This document shows positions 16,979 to 26,737 of a DNA stretch of 64,000 nt, piece after piece. The first letter of the stretch is position 1. Every line of letters starts with the position of its first letter. The position numbers were made by a program, and so were the translations under genes. The notes beneath the pieces were generated by a model. It ran no database searches and was not told the origin of the DNA. It saw nothing but the letters and a program-made list of their open reading frames with translations. This DNA is from a virus (Duplodnaviria > Caudoviricetes): positions 28,559 through 92,558 of the IMG/VR virus record IMGVR_UViG_2773857716_000001, one strand, 5' to 3'.

Positions 16979-17287
16979 ATGAGCGGCAAGAAGCCCCGCC
17001 TGATCCCCACCGGCAACTGCTGGTGCGGCTGCGGCAAAGAAGTCGGCCTCGGCAAGTTCTTCGCCGCCGGCCACGACAAGGCCGCCGAATCCGCCCTCAT
17101 CGCCCTCAAATACGGCGGCTCCGTACCCGAGTTCCTCCACGCCCACGGCTACGGCCCCCAGCACTCCGTCAGCCACGCCGCCGTCGAAGCGGGAGCCTGG
17201 ACGACGTGCGCGCACTGCGACTACATGGGAGCCCCGGCCAGCGTCCGCAACCACACCCGCAAGAACCACCCCGACAAGGAGAACTGA
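16979..17287 (+). CDS. Cys/His-rich Zn-binding protein
   Basis: CWCGCG...FAAGHD...CAHC...NH...H. Confidence 0.65.
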   Translation: MSGKKPRLIPTGNCWCGCGKEVGLGKFFAAGHDKAAESALIALKYGGSVPEFLHAHGYGPQHSVSHAAVEAGAWTTCAHCDYMGAPASVRNHTRKNHPDKEN

Positions 17288-17289
17288 CC

Positions 17290-17850
17290 ATGCCCGAGCA
17301 GCGCCGCTACGACGTCGACTGGACCGACGAGAACAACCCGCAGATCGTCCACGCCCAGCCCGGCGACGACGCCATGACACTGACCGAGGCCCCAGCAGGC
17401 CATCAACGACGAGTTGGCCGACCGCACCACCGAGCAGTGAGGACACCGACCATGGTGATCACCAGCACGTCGGTCTGGCGCGTGCAGCGGTTCGACCAGA
17501 CGCTGAACACGTACTCCAACCTCGACGCCGCCAAGGCGCACGGCGAGCACGTCATCCACGCCCACTACCAGGACGTGATGACCCGCCGTCGGGTCCCCAC
17601 CGAACACCGCGTCATTGACTGGCGCATCTGGTGCTGCGGTCACCTGTACGGACCCGGGAACTTCAACCACACTGCGTACCCCGAGACGCATGCAGAAGGA
17701 TGCTGGCGTCCGACGTCGGAGATGCTGGGCTTGCGCCCCTTCTGGGCCGCCAGTGGGACATCGGCTGGTACCGGCCACACCAGCACCGCCTGGGAGATCT
17801 GGCAGGTACTGGCCCATGACCGGTTCGATCCCGGCACAGTGCTCGTATAG
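17290..17850 (+). CDS. hypothetical protein; probably two genes (17290-17440 and 17452-17850) joined by an extra C at 17390-17393
   Basis: Removing one C gives ...EAQQAINDELADRTTEQ* followed by GAGGA and ATG at 17452. Confidence 0.5.
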   Translation: MPEQRRYDVDWTDENNPQIVHAQPGDDAMTLTEAPAGHQRRVGRPHHRAVRTPTMVITSTSVWRVQRFDQTLNTYSNLDAAKAHGEHVIHAHYQDVMTRRRVPTEHRVIDWRIWCCGHLYGPGNFNHTAYPETHAEGCWRPTSEMLGLRPFWAASGTSAGTGHTSTAWEIWQVLAHDRFDPGTVLV

Positions 17851-17878
17851 GGCCGCCGCACCAACCGACAAAGTAGCC

Positions 17879-17963
17879 ATGCCCTCCCGGGTCTAGCGGG
17901 AGGGCATCTGCCGTACAGGGCAGATCACGAAGGCCCCCGCGCCAGCCAGGCGTTGGGGCCTTC
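17879..17963. terminator. two hairpins between convergent transcription units
   Basis: atgccctcccg...cgggagggcat and gaaggcccc...ggggccttc. Confidence 0.6.
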
Positions 17964-18022
17964 CGTGTTGCGTGCGGGCCGCAAAGCGGCAGGTCAGGAG
18001 GTGAAGCAAGCGGAAGCGCTTA

Positions 18023-18054
18023 GTCCTGTTATTTACTTCCCAAAACTATAGGAC
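18023..18054 (-). repeat. inverted copy of the 3771-3797 site; imperfect 12-8-12 dyad
   Basis: gtcctgttattt-acttccca-aaactataggac. Confidence 0.9.
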
Positions 18055-18059
18055 ACCGG

Positions 18060-20003
18060 TCACGGGGCCAGAACCTCCCGCCACGCAGCCACAATCCGCC
18101 GCGACAGATACACATGGCCCGCATCCGTCGGATGCACGTTGTCGCCACCCACGTAGGACGCTGCGTTCCCCGACGTGATCCACGCCCCCTGCGTCGTGAT
18201 CAACGTGCCCGTCGCGTCGTACACGCTGCCCGTGATCGGCGACACGAACGGGAACCCCGCCGCGGCCGCCTGCGTCCGCAACGTCGCGTCCGTGTTAGTG
18301 ATCGACCCAGCCGGACTCGCCGTCGGCGCCCAACACCCAATCACCAGCACCTGGCACGCGGGCAGACCGCTCTTCACCGCGGAGAACAGCGACGCTGCCG
18401 CAGTGCCGATCGACGACTGGCTGCCCGTGTTGTCGTTGTACCCACCCCAGATCACCAGGCGCGTCGGGGCCCACGCCACCACGTCCGCGGCCACACGATC
18501 CCCGAACGTCGCATACGAGCCGGGCGTGATGTAGCCGGTCCCGCCCCTCCCCTGCTCCCACGCATCCGTCGCGCCCAGCAGCCGGGCCGCCCGTGCGAAC
18601 CACGTGCCCGCGCCCGCCCCGGTGTTCTGCGCCGAGCCGTCGCTGATGGAGTCGCCGAGGACCATCAGCCGGCCCCCCTGCAGCGGCACCCTCCACATCG
18701 TCGCCGACGGAGGCAGGTACACCCCGCCGAACGGCATCGTGTAGAAGTCCAGGCGGACCCTGCGCGGCGCAGCGCTACCAAGGTCGACGGTGAGCATGTG
18801 CCCGGAGCCCGCCGTCGTCCCGCCACTGGACTGCATCAGGTCGGTAACCTTCCGACCATCGATCGACAGCCGGTACATCGTCGAGCTGGAGATGTACTTG
18901 AACCGCAGCTGGAAGACCTGGGCGTCCGTCCCGAACTCCACCGACCAGATTCCTTGGCCGCTGCTGTAGGTGTTCGGGTACTTGCTGGTCGGGAGGACGT
19001 AGTTGGTGTCGGGGCTGGACGCGCCGATCGCGAAGTTGCCCGCGCCCGCGTAGGCGTACGGGCCGGTCACGTCCGAGCCGGACAGGGCCACCAGCGGAGG
19101 CGCGTACTTGATGTAGCCGGTGGTCGGCGTCGTCGTCTGCGCGGTGCTGATGGTCGGGGCGCTGCCGGTGTACAGGCTGTCGGCCACCACCGGGTCCGGC
19201 AGGTCGCGGCGGCGCCACAGTGTGGCCGGGTCGCCCGGATCGCCCTTGTCGCCCTTCGGGCCTGTCGCCCCGGTCGGCCCGGTTGCTCCCGTCGGGCCCG
19301 TACTGCCCGTCGCACCCTGGGGCCCTGCAGGGCCGACGTCGCCTTGGTCACCCTTGGGGCCCTGGGCGCCAGCGGCTCCCGCTGGCCCTGCAGGACCGGT
19401 GTCTCCGGTGTCGCCCTTCGGCCCGGCAGGACCCGTCGCGCCGGTGGCCCCCTGCAGGCCGGTTGCTCCCGCGGGGCCCGGATCGCCCTGGGGGCCGGCA
19501 TCCCCTGTTGCTCCCGGCTCGCCCTGCAGGCCCTGCTCGCCTTGCGGTCCCTGTGCCCCTGTGGCGCCGGTCGGCCCGGCGGGGCCCGTGGCTCCCGTCG
19601 GGCCGACCTCGCCCTGCGGGCCCTCGGGGCCCGGCACGTACACGATCGTCCCCGCGCCCAACGGCGCGCCCGACAGCGCGATCCGCACGTCGCCGAGCCA
19701 CCACGGCTCGTCGGACTCCGGCACCACCACGTACGTCGTGTTCGGGGTGCCATCCAGTGCCCGGCCCTCGGTTATCGCCCAGGCCGTGTCGCCAGCATCC
19801 GCGGTGATCTGCGCGTTCGGCGTCAGGTCCAGCTCCCACAGCCCATCCTCGTCGGGGGTGGCCGTGTCCTGCCCTGTGACCTCCCCCTGCGCGGTGGCGA
19901 CGTATCCGACGGCCCTCTCCCCCGCCAGGTCGACGAGGACCGCGGTGATCTGCACCCGCGTCGGGTCCGGTAGATCGAGGAGCTTGCCCCGAACGATGGT
20001 CAT
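18060..20003 (-). CDS. tail fibre-like protein: collagen Gly-X-Y stalk plus SGNH/GDSL esterase
   Basis: Long GXY run; VLGDSIS, GGTGY, GGYND, DNVHP. Confidence 0.85.
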   Translation of the reverse strand: MTIVRGKLLDLPDPTRVQITAVLVDLAGERAVGYVATAQGEVTGQDTATPDEDGLWELDLTPNAQITADAGDTAWAITEGRALDGTPNTTYVVVPESDEPWWLGDVRIALSGAPLGAGTIVYVPGPEGPQGEVGPTGATGPAGPTGATGAQGPQGEQGLQGEPGATGDAGPQGDPGPAGATGLQGATGATGPAGPKGDTGDTGPAGPAGAAGAQGPKGDQGDVGPAGPQGATGSTGPTGATGPTGATGPKGDKGDPGDPATLWRRRDLPDPVVADSLYTGSAPTISTAQTTTPTTGYIKYAPPLVALSGSDVTGPYAYAGAGNFAIGASSPDTNYVLPTSKYPNTYSSGQGIWSVEFGTDAQVFQLRFKYISSSTMYRLSIDGRKVTDLMQSSGGTTAGSGHMLTVDLGSAAPRRVRLDFYTMPFGGVYLPPSATMWRVPLQGGRLMVLGDSISDGSAQNTGAGAGTWFARAARLLGATDAWEQGRGGTGYITPGSYATFGDRVAADVVAWAPTRLVIWGGYNDNTGSQSSIGTAAASLFSAVKSGLPACQVLVIGCWAPTASPAGSITNTDATLRTQAAAAGFPFVSPITGSVYDATGTLITTQGAWITSGNAASYVGGDNVHPTDAGHVYLSRRIVAAWREVLAP

Positions 20004-20015
20004 CGCATTCTCCTG

Positions 20016-20693
20016 TCAGTACCTTCTACGATCCGGCGCCAAGCCGAGCAGCCTGTCGCCCGCGCCCTTGTTGGTCGGGGTGGGTTCCGGCGTCGGGTCA
20101 GGCGCGCCATCTCGGCGGCACACCAGCGCGTCCGGGTCGTAGCTGGGCACTTGCGGTGAATAGCCGTCCGGGCACGAAGCCCCTGCCTCGCCCGGATCGC
20201 CCTTTTCGCCTTTCTCGCCGCGCTCCCCCTGTGGGCCGGCTGGCCCTGGAGGTCCTGTCGGGCCGGGTGCCCCATCGGATCCGTCGGCGCCCTTCGCTCC
20301 GTCCGAGCCATCTGATCCATCCACGCCTGCGGGGCCTGGGGGCCCGTCGGATCCGTCGCTGCCAGGAGGTCCCGTGGCGCCTGGCCGCCCGTCCTGGCCA
20401 TCCGTCCCGTCATCACCCGCCTTGCCAGGGCGCCCGCTTGGCCCGGGTGGGCCCGAGGGGCCGATGTCTCCCGGTCCTCCCCGTGACCCTGGTGGGCCCG
20501 CAACCGGCGTAGCTCCCAGTGCCTGCACCTGAGCGGCCAGTTGATCCCGGGCCTGATTCGCCGCCGTCAACTGACGGGACAAGACCAGAAATCCCGTCAC
20601 TATGGCGGCCAGCGCAACGGCGGCGGCTATCGCTCCAGCCGCCGCCAGGTAGTCGCCTCGGCGCCGCTCCTTGCGTGCCTGTGCCCGGCTCAT
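20016..20693 (-). CDS. membrane-anchored collagen-like protein
   Basis: TM helix, coiled coil, GXY repeats, CPDGY...LVCRR. Confidence 0.75.
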   Translation of the reverse strand: MSRAQARKERRRGDYLAAAGAIAAAVALAAIVTGFLVLSRQLTAANQARDQLAAQVQALGATPVAGPPGSRGGPGDIGPSGPPGPSGRPGKAGDDGTDGQDGRPGATGPPGSDGSDGPPGPAGVDGSDGSDGAKGADGSDGAPGPTGPPGPAGPQGERGEKGEKGDPGEAGASCPDGYSPQVPSYDPDALVCRRDGAPDPTPEPTPTNKGAGDRLLGLAPDRRRY

Positions 20694-21004
20694 GCTCCGG
20701 CTCCTCGCAGCATCATGATCAGTGGGAGCACGATGCCGATCAGGGGGATGATGACAGAAGCGACCATCCACCGGCGGGTCTGCGTGACCCGCTCAGCGTC
20801 CTGACTCCGCTGCGCCGCAAGGCCTTCGACGTCCTTGGCCAGGTCGGCGATCTCTTTGACCAGCCCGGCCTTTTCGACCGTGTAGACGTCGGTGGAAACC
20901 ATGCGGTCCAGCCGGGCGTTGATCTGCGCCATGTCATCGCGGATATCACCCCGAAGGGCCTGGATGAGCCGCCCCAGCTCTCCCAGAGACGGCTCATCGG
21001 CCAT
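20690..21004 (-). CDS. lysis-cassette membrane protein
   Basis: Coiled coil plus C-terminal TM helix. Confidence 0.65.
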   Translation of the reverse strand: MADEPSLGELGRLIQALRGDIRDDMAQINARLDRMVSTDVYTVEKAGLVKEIADLAKDVEGLAAQRSQDAERVTQTRRWMVASVIIPLIGIVLPLIMMLRGAGA

Positions 21005-21032
21005 GTCGTGCTCCGAAGGGTGTGTAAGTGGG

Positions 21033-21395
21033 TCAGGAGACCGGGGTGACAGGCCGCTTGAGGGCGGCAGCGGATACCGGCGCGGTCACCTGGGTGCGGT
21101 CCCACATCGCGACGACGGCGGCCGCAACGGACAGGACGACGGCCTGCTTCTCAGCGGACCAGTCGAGTCCGAAGCCCACAGCGAGGGCGACGACTGCCTG
21201 GACGAAGCCGAGGAGTGCGGCGCCCAGCCCGTCGTGCACCGTGTACGCGACGGCGACGCCGACAGCTGCTGCGGCGACCGCGTTGACGACGGCCTGCTGT
21301 TCAGAGGACACATCCATGCCGAACGCGGCGAGCATCTTGACTAGGACAGCCACCAGCGTGAGAAGCGCCGCTGGCTCTCTTCCGAAGATCTTCAT
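21033..21395 (-). CDS. holin
   Basis: MKIFGREPA..., four hydrophobic segments, RTQVT; directly after the endolysin. Confidence 0.75.
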   Translation of the reverse strand: MKIFGREPAALLTLVAVLVKMLAAFGMDVSSEQQAVVNAVAAAAVGVAVAYTVHDGLGAALLGFVQAVVALAVGFGLDWSAEKQAVVLSVAAAVVAMWDRTQVTAPVSAAALKRPVTPVS

Positions 21396-21432
21396 GAGGG
21401 TTCCTTTGCGAGGAGGATGGGTCGTGCAGGGT

Positions 21433-22347
21433 TCAGACGTTCGGGATGTGGAGCTTGTCCCAGCTGGCCTTTCCGGGCGGCCACTTGGCGGCGGCCCCGC
21501 TGTAGCCACATTTCCGCTGCCAGGCCTCGTAGGAGGCGATGTCGCCGGAGCCGATGACGTCGGTGTTCTTGCTGGACTTGTAGTGGTTGCAGCCCATGGC
21601 GACGAGGCGCTTGTGCATCGCGGCGACGATCGGGGACTTCCGGCCGAGCTTGAACCAGGAGGCGCCGGGGAACGGCTCGTACGTGGGCTTCGGGGTCGGC
21701 TTGGTTGGCTTGGAGGACTCCCCGCCGGCCCACTCACGCAGCGCGGACGCGGACAGGTAGCAGATGGAGCGGTCCATGGGCTGGCTGGTGAACTGCCAGA
21801 TCATCGGCGACCAGCCGGACGGCTTCGGCTTCGCAGCGGCCTCCGCCTTGGAGTACGCAGCCGCGCCCCACGGGTACGCCGGGTACCACAGCGGCGTTCC
21901 GGCCGGGATGTGCCCGTTCTTCAGGTCATCCGCGGACGTGTAGACGCCGACACGCTGCCCAGGAAACGCGGTCTGCACCAGGGACAGCCAGGTCTGCACC
22001 CACGTCTTGATCTGCGCCGCGGTCTTCCCGCGGTAGTTGCGGCCGTCGGAGTAGCGCTCCAAGTCCAGCCAGTGCGTGAAGCCCTTTCCCGCGTACGGCT
22101 TGACCGCGGCTATATAGTTCGCGGCCTCCAGCTTCGGGTCCTGATTGGGCCACGCGAAGTGATACCCACCCGGCACCAGGCCCGCGGCCTTGATGCCCTT
22201 GATGTGCGTGGCGAACCGCGCGTCGCGGCCCTTCTGTCCCTCGGAAGCCTTGGCGAAGGCGAAGGCGATCCCGTCCGCCTTGAGGGCGGTCCAGTTCTGG
22301 GTGCCCTGGTAGGCGGAGACGTCGATTCCTCTACAGGTGGCCATCAT
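21433..22347 (-). CDS. endolysin, GH25 lysozyme plus peptidoglycan-binding domain
   Basis: GIDVSAYQG, FAKASEG, GGYHF, WLDLE, WQFTS; C-term YEPFPG...PGKASWDKL. Confidence 0.92.
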   Translation of the reverse strand: MMATCRGIDVSAYQGTQNWTALKADGIAFAFAKASEGQKGRDARFATHIKGIKAAGLVPGGYHFAWPNQDPKLEAANYIAAVKPYAGKGFTHWLDLERYSDGRNYRGKTAAQIKTWVQTWLSLVQTAFPGQRVGVYTSADDLKNGHIPAGTPLWYPAYPWGAAAYSKAEAAAKPKPSGWSPMIWQFTSQPMDRSICYLSASALREWAGGESSKPTKPTPKPTYEPFPGASWFKLGRKSPIVAAMHKRLVAMGCNHYKSSKNTDVIGSGDIASYEAWQRKCGYSGAAAKWPPGKASWDKLHIPNV

Positions 22348-22415
22348 CTGTCCTTGGTGCTGGGCGGAAAGAGGGACGTACGTCTCTCCGGGTGTGAAGG
22401 TGACGCCGTGTCCGG

Positions 22416-22799
22416 TCATCGCGGGCTTACTCGGGGAACCCGGAGCGCCCGCCAGGCGACCTCGTCTGGGATGCCGGAGACGTCGCCGCCCTCCTTGGGG
22501 CGCAGCGTGTGCTGGTGGGCGGCGAAGGCCCGCTTGTGGGCGTTCGTCCAGTCCTGGCCGAGGCGGACGCCTTCGGGGGCGTGGCCTTCCTGCTCGAGGC
22601 GGCGGCCCATCGCACCGACGATTTCGCTGCTGCGGCCGCCGTGGAAGAAGGCGGATCCGGGGAACGGCTCGTACAGGTCGTCGTTGTCCGCGTCCGGCTC
22701 GGTGGCCTGGGGCTGCTCGGGCTCCGGTGCTTCTTCTGGGGCTTCAGCTGTGTCCGTGGCGGTGTGTTCTTCGTCGGGCTCGTGCTTTGCGCGCGGCAT
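22416..22799 (-). CDS. stand-alone peptidoglycan-binding domain protein with acidic N-terminus
   Basis: YEPFPGSAFF...GIPDEVAWRALRVP parallels the endolysin C-terminus. Confidence 0.7.
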   Translation of the reverse strand: MPRAKHEPDEEHTATDTAEAPEEAPEPEQPQATEPDADNDDLYEPFPGSAFFHGGRSSEIVGAMGRRLEQEGHAPEGVRLGQDWTNAHKRAFAAHQHTLRPKEGGDVSGIPDEVAWRALRVPRVSPR

Positions 22800-23620
22800 C
22801 ACTGGCTCCTGGAGTCGAGGCGCGGCTGGATGAGGTCGATTTCGGAGCGAAGGGCCTGGTAGACGGCCAGGGACATGCGGAAGGAACCGTTGTCGCCCCA
22901 GGACCCCCAGGAATTTCTGACGCGGAGGACGGTGTGCTCGTAGGCGATGTCGCCCTCGACCTCGGCGACGGACTCGATGGCGGTGATGCAGACCTCGTGA
23001 CCGCCAGCGACCGGGGAGTCCTGCCAGTGAGGGATCTCGTCCAGCAGCGCGAGGGAGGAGACCGGTTCGAAAAACGCCTGATGCCAGGGCATGCCCATCA
23101 GGACCGGGCCGGTCTGGAGCAGTGCACACAGCTCTTCTGCGGTCTTGGCGTGGCCGTACTGGTCGATGAGCCCGCGTCGGCGGAGTGCCTTGGCGACGCC
23201 GAGGCCGGAGGATCCGCAGTCATCCGAGGGCCAGGTGTAGTCGAGCCACTGGTCGGCCTTGGTGGCGTCGGCGTATAGCTGGATGGCGAAGCGCTCGGCG
23301 GCGACGGCGTCGGTGGTGTCCAGGCCTGCCTTGGCGCATGCGTCGTGGCTGAGGAGGACGGACAGGCAGGCGGTGGCAGCATTGGCGGTGCAGCTGCCGA
23401 GCGCGTCCACGTCCTGGACCCCGTCGAACATCTGTGAGGTGTGGATGCGCTGCGCGAGGAGATTCTGTTGGTCGAGCACGGGAACCCGAGGTGCCCACTC
23501 CACTGTGCGGATAGTCGCGCCGGCGTACGGGCGGCGGTAGGCAAGGCTGCGGGGGTCCAGCACGCGGTGCCGGCCCAATGAGCCGGTTACGTCGTACTGG
23601 GTGATGTCGAGGTCGGGCAA
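22799..23620 (-). CDS. papain-like (C1A) cysteine peptidase
   Basis: VLDQ...GSCTANA, GGHEVC, RNSWG-WGDNG; probable TTG start at 23620. Confidence 0.85.
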   Translation of the reverse strand: MPDLDITQYDVTGSLGRHRVLDPRSLAYRRPYAGATIRTVEWAPRVPVLDQQNLLAQRIHTSQMFDGVQDVDALGSCTANAATACLSVLLSHDACAKAGLDTTDAVAAERFAIQLYADATKADQWLDYTWPSDDCGSSGLGVAKALRRRGLIDQYGHAKTAEELCALLQTGPVLMGMPWHQAFFEPVSSLALLDEIPHWQDSPVAGGHEVCITAIESVAEVEGDIAYEHTVLRVRNSWGSWGDNGSFRMSLAVYQALRSEIDLIQPRLDSRSQ

Positions 23621-23765
23621 TGCCCCGAGCTCCTGCACTCCCCGCGCCTGAGCTGATGTGGTGTCTGACTGGGCGCCACGGGCGCGGTCAGTCCCTCGGG
23701 GTGCGGCGGAGGGTCGCCTACAGATGAGAGTACGGGCGATCAGCCCCGGCATTGCCCCTGATGTG

Positions 23766-25643
23766 TCAGGCGATGCGGACGGCTCGCATCCATGAGCCGA
23801 GGCCCATGCGGTTGAAGGTGGTGCTGGAGGTTGACTGGGCCCATCCGAGGGCGAGCGTTCCGGCGCTGGTGGTGGTGACCGTGCCGGTCTCGATCGCGTA
23901 AACCAGGTTGGTGTTCACGTTGCGGCGGCCGTATGTGACGGTCGTACTGAACCCGTGACTGCCCGATCGCATGGCGATGCCGTCGGCGTTGTTGTTGCCC
24001 GCGGTCGTCTCTGTAGCCGACGAGGCCGGGCCCATAGCGCCCTTCAGGCCGGTAGCGCCACTGGGCACCAGCCACTCCGTCACCGTCAACGCGAACGACG
24101 AACCGCCGGTGTACAGGTGGAACTCGACGATGTACGTCGCGTTCGCGAGGAGGGACACCGTCAGGTGCGGGTCCGCAGTGCGGGTCGTGGTGCTGATGCG
24201 GTCGGTGTTGATGGGCTTGCTGACCAGGTACGGGGTGTTCTGGGCCATGACGCTGCCGGTGACCTGGATCCCGGACGAAGTGAACGTGTGATCGGCGCCG
24301 TTGGCGGTGATGTTGACGTAGTCGCCGGTGATGTAGACCGAGGAGTGCTTGCCGGTGATGTTGCCGTCCTTGGCGTAGATGTTGCAGCTGGAGGCCCCGC
24401 TGGTTGTCGTGGCGGTGGTAGCGCTGATCCCTGCGTACCCGATTTCGCTGGTCGCGGTGGGGGCGCCCGTGGCGCAGGTGAAGTTTCCCGAGTACGAGCC
24501 GGCCTTGGGTGAGCTGAGGGACAGGAAGGTTTGGGAGTAGTTGCCGCTGCTGTCTTGGGCTACGACGGGCGCGCCGATGACGGTCGTGGGTTGTGCCGAG
24601 TTGGTGACGTTCGGCCCGGAGTTGAGGGCTGCTGGGAAGATTTCGCCGGTGACTCCGGAGTAGAGGAGAACCGTCGGCCTGGTGACCATGCCTGCGGGCG
24701 GGGTGGGGGTGACGACGACGCGGGAGCCGGAGGTGTTGGTCTGGAGGACGCCGCCGGTGACGGTGGCGCCGATGATGTCCGTGCCGGTGATGGTGCCCCC
24801 GGTGATCGTCTTGCCGGTGATGGCGTCCGCTTTCAGGGCGGTCGCGTCCACCGATCCGGCGGACAGCTTGGCTGTGGTGACCGCGTTGGCGTCGAGCTTG
24901 TCGGTGGTGATCGCCAGGGAGGCGATTTTGGCGGCGGTGACGGCTTCCGCGGCAAGCTTGTCGGTGAGGACGGCCCCGGCGGCTATCTGACCGGCGAGGA
25001 TCGCCCCGGCCACGATCTTCTGTGTGGTGACGGCGTTATCGGTGATCTCTGTGGTGCCGATCGCTCCTGCGGCGACCTTGGCCGCGGTCACTGCGTCGTC
25101 GGCGAGCTTGACGGTGGTGATGATGCCGTCGAGGACGTCGGAGGCGACCACGGGCGTCGGTCCGAACGGGCCCACTTCGGCCGAGGGGGTTGAGGCGGCG
25201 CCGGACGTGTTGCGGGCTAGCAGTTGTACGTACACCGGGTCGTCCGTCACTACGACGACGGTGGCGCCCTGCGCCGTCTCGATCGTGGACTGTAGCGTCG
25301 CCGCAGTCGGCGTGAAACCGGGGCTGGTGGAGGCGTGGACCTCGATCCGGGCCCAGTCCAGCGGGATCACCGCGCCGTCGACGAACTGCCCGTCCCACGA
25401 AACGGTGACCCCGCCCAGGACGGACACCGCGATCGGTGCGGACGGTGCGGGCGGGGGCGGTCCGTTGACGACCTGTATGCCGGACGTGCCATCAGCCTGC
25501 TGGCCGACGATGGCGCGCAGGCCTCCCGTATCGTCTCGCGCGACGAGCGAGGTCCCGTCCAGGGATGCGGACGACAGACGTGAAGATCGTTCGACCTTCG
25601 TGAGCCGGGCCTCTAGCCGGGCGAGCTGGGCTCCGATGTCCAT
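23766..25643 (-). CDS. minor tail / tail fibre protein with 10-aa repeats
   Basis: Repeats of the type VTAAKVAAGA, FnIII-like segment, position after the minor tail genes. Confidence 0.75.
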   Translation of the reverse strand: MDIGAQLARLEARLTKVERSSRLSSASLDGTSLVARDDTGGLRAIVGQQADGTSGIQVVNGPPPPAPSAPIAVSVLGGVTVSWDGQFVDGAVIPLDWARIEVHASTSPGFTPTAATLQSTIETAQGATVVVVTDDPVYVQLLARNTSGAASTPSAEVGPFGPTPVVASDVLDGIITTVKLADDAVTAAKVAAGAIGTTEITDNAVTTQKIVAGAILAGQIAAGAVLTDKLAAEAVTAAKIASLAITTDKLDANAVTTAKLSAGSVDATALKADAITGKTITGGTITGTDIIGATVTGGVLQTNTSGSRVVVTPTPPAGMVTRPTVLLYSGVTGEIFPAALNSGPNVTNSAQPTTVIGAPVVAQDSSGNYSQTFLSLSSPKAGSYSGNFTCATGAPTATSEIGYAGISATTATTTSGASSCNIYAKDGNITGKHSSVYITGDYVNITANGADHTFTSSGIQVTGSVMAQNTPYLVSKPINTDRISTTTRTADPHLTVSLLANATYIVEFHLYTGGSSFALTVTEWLVPSGATGLKGAMGPASSATETTAGNNNADGIAMRSGSHGFSTTVTYGRRNVNTNLVYAIETGTVTTTSAGTLALGWAQSTSSTTFNRMGLGSWMRAVRIA

Positions 25644-26737
25644 CAGACGCCTCCGTAGACGTACGACTCTGCGGGCTTGAGCTGCAGGGTGGCCTGCTCG
25701 CCGCCCTGTGCGGTGGGTTTCACGGTCCAGCCGGTGATGCGGCACCAGCCCACGAAGCTGGTCCAGGGGTTGTTGACGCGGACGGGGACGTCATCGCCGA
25801 CCTGCCAGGAGCCGATGGGGGCCGCGGGGTGGTTGCGGACGGTGATCTCTGCGACCGAGCCGAGGGTCTGGCGCCACTTCGATTCGGCGGCGGCGCGCCT
25901 GGCGAGGAGGTCGGTGCCGTTGACGTCGGGCAGGTCGAGGATCGCTTCAAGGCGCAGGCGGCCGTTGCGGACGGCGCTGATGGATCGCTTCTTCGCGGAT
26001 CCATCTCCGGCGCCGGCGGCGACGACGACCTGCGCGTACTCGTCGCCGGCCTGCGGTACTTCGGGGTCTTCGATGATGTTGACGCCGGTCGCGAAGCTGA
26101 TGTCGGTGCGGCGGGCGCCGAGTCGTGGCCAGCCGAGGCGGACGCGGCGCACGGGCGCGGTGCGGCCGGTGTTCCAGGCGACGTCGCAGGCGTAGTCGGG
26201 GGTGGCGTCGCCGGAGACGAGGTTGTCGATGGCGTCGCCAAGGACTGGTGACTCCCACCAGTTGAATTTGAGGGGTTCGGTGGTGGTGCCGACCTTCGCG
26301 GTGCTGGTCGTCGCGTCCACCGTCACGCCGAGGTTCCCGTCGGCGATCGACTGGGCGTACGCCCAAATGTCGCGGATGACTGTGCAGGGGTCGGCGTAGG
26401 CGTAGGGGCCGCGGCCGCCGAGGTTGCCGTCCAGGTCGTGGCGGTGCTGGAGGTAGGAGGACCAGCCGGCGGCTTCGATGGCGTACTCGGAGCCTTGGGG
26501 TCGGGCGTCCCAGACCAGGCCGCCCCAGCGCAGCAGCCCGTCCCGCTCCACGTAGATCAGCGTGGTGCCGGGGTCGGTGAGGGTGGTGTTGGACGCCAGG
26601 AGGTGCGGGGAGAGCGTGCCGGACAGGGAGCCAGGGCCGTTCAGCTCGGATCCGTACTCCAGGCCGGTCATGGGCAGGGCCTTGGACAGCCACTGACCGG
26701 TGAGGGCGTGCTGGGTCAGCACCCGGTAGTCGGCCAT
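25643..26737 (-). CDS. minor tail (baseplate hub/Gp37-like) protein
   Basis: Start MADYRVL; ELNGPGSLSG, LRWGGLVW; synteny. Confidence 0.7.
   Translation of the reverse strand: MADYRVLTQHALTGQWLSKALPMTGLEYGSELNGPGSLSGTLSPHLLASNTTLTDPGTTLIYVERDGLLRWGGLVWDARPQGSEYAIEAAGWSSYLQHRHDLDGNLGGRGPYAYADPCTVIRDIWAYAQSIADGNLGVTVDATTSTAKVGTTTEPLKFNWWESPVLGDAIDNLVSGDATPDYACDVAWNTGRTAPVRRVRLGWPRLGARRTDISFATGVNIIEDPEVPQAGDEYAQVVVAAGAGDGSAKKRSISAVRNGRLRLEAILDLPDVNGTDLLARRAAAESKWRQTLGSVAEITVRNHPAAPIGSWQVGDDVPVRVNNPWTSFVGWCRITGWTVKPTAQGGEQATLQLKPAESYVYGGV

Noticed and set aside
19230-20500. 9-bp periodic repeats that could suggest an array
   Set aside because: Explained by collagen Gly-X-Y coding; no repeat-spacer structure, and no CRISPR array or cas gene seen in the window
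24780-25130. 30-bp periodicity
   Set aside because: Encodes 10-aa tail fibre repeats; no reverse transcriptase or template/variable repeat pair to suggest a DGR
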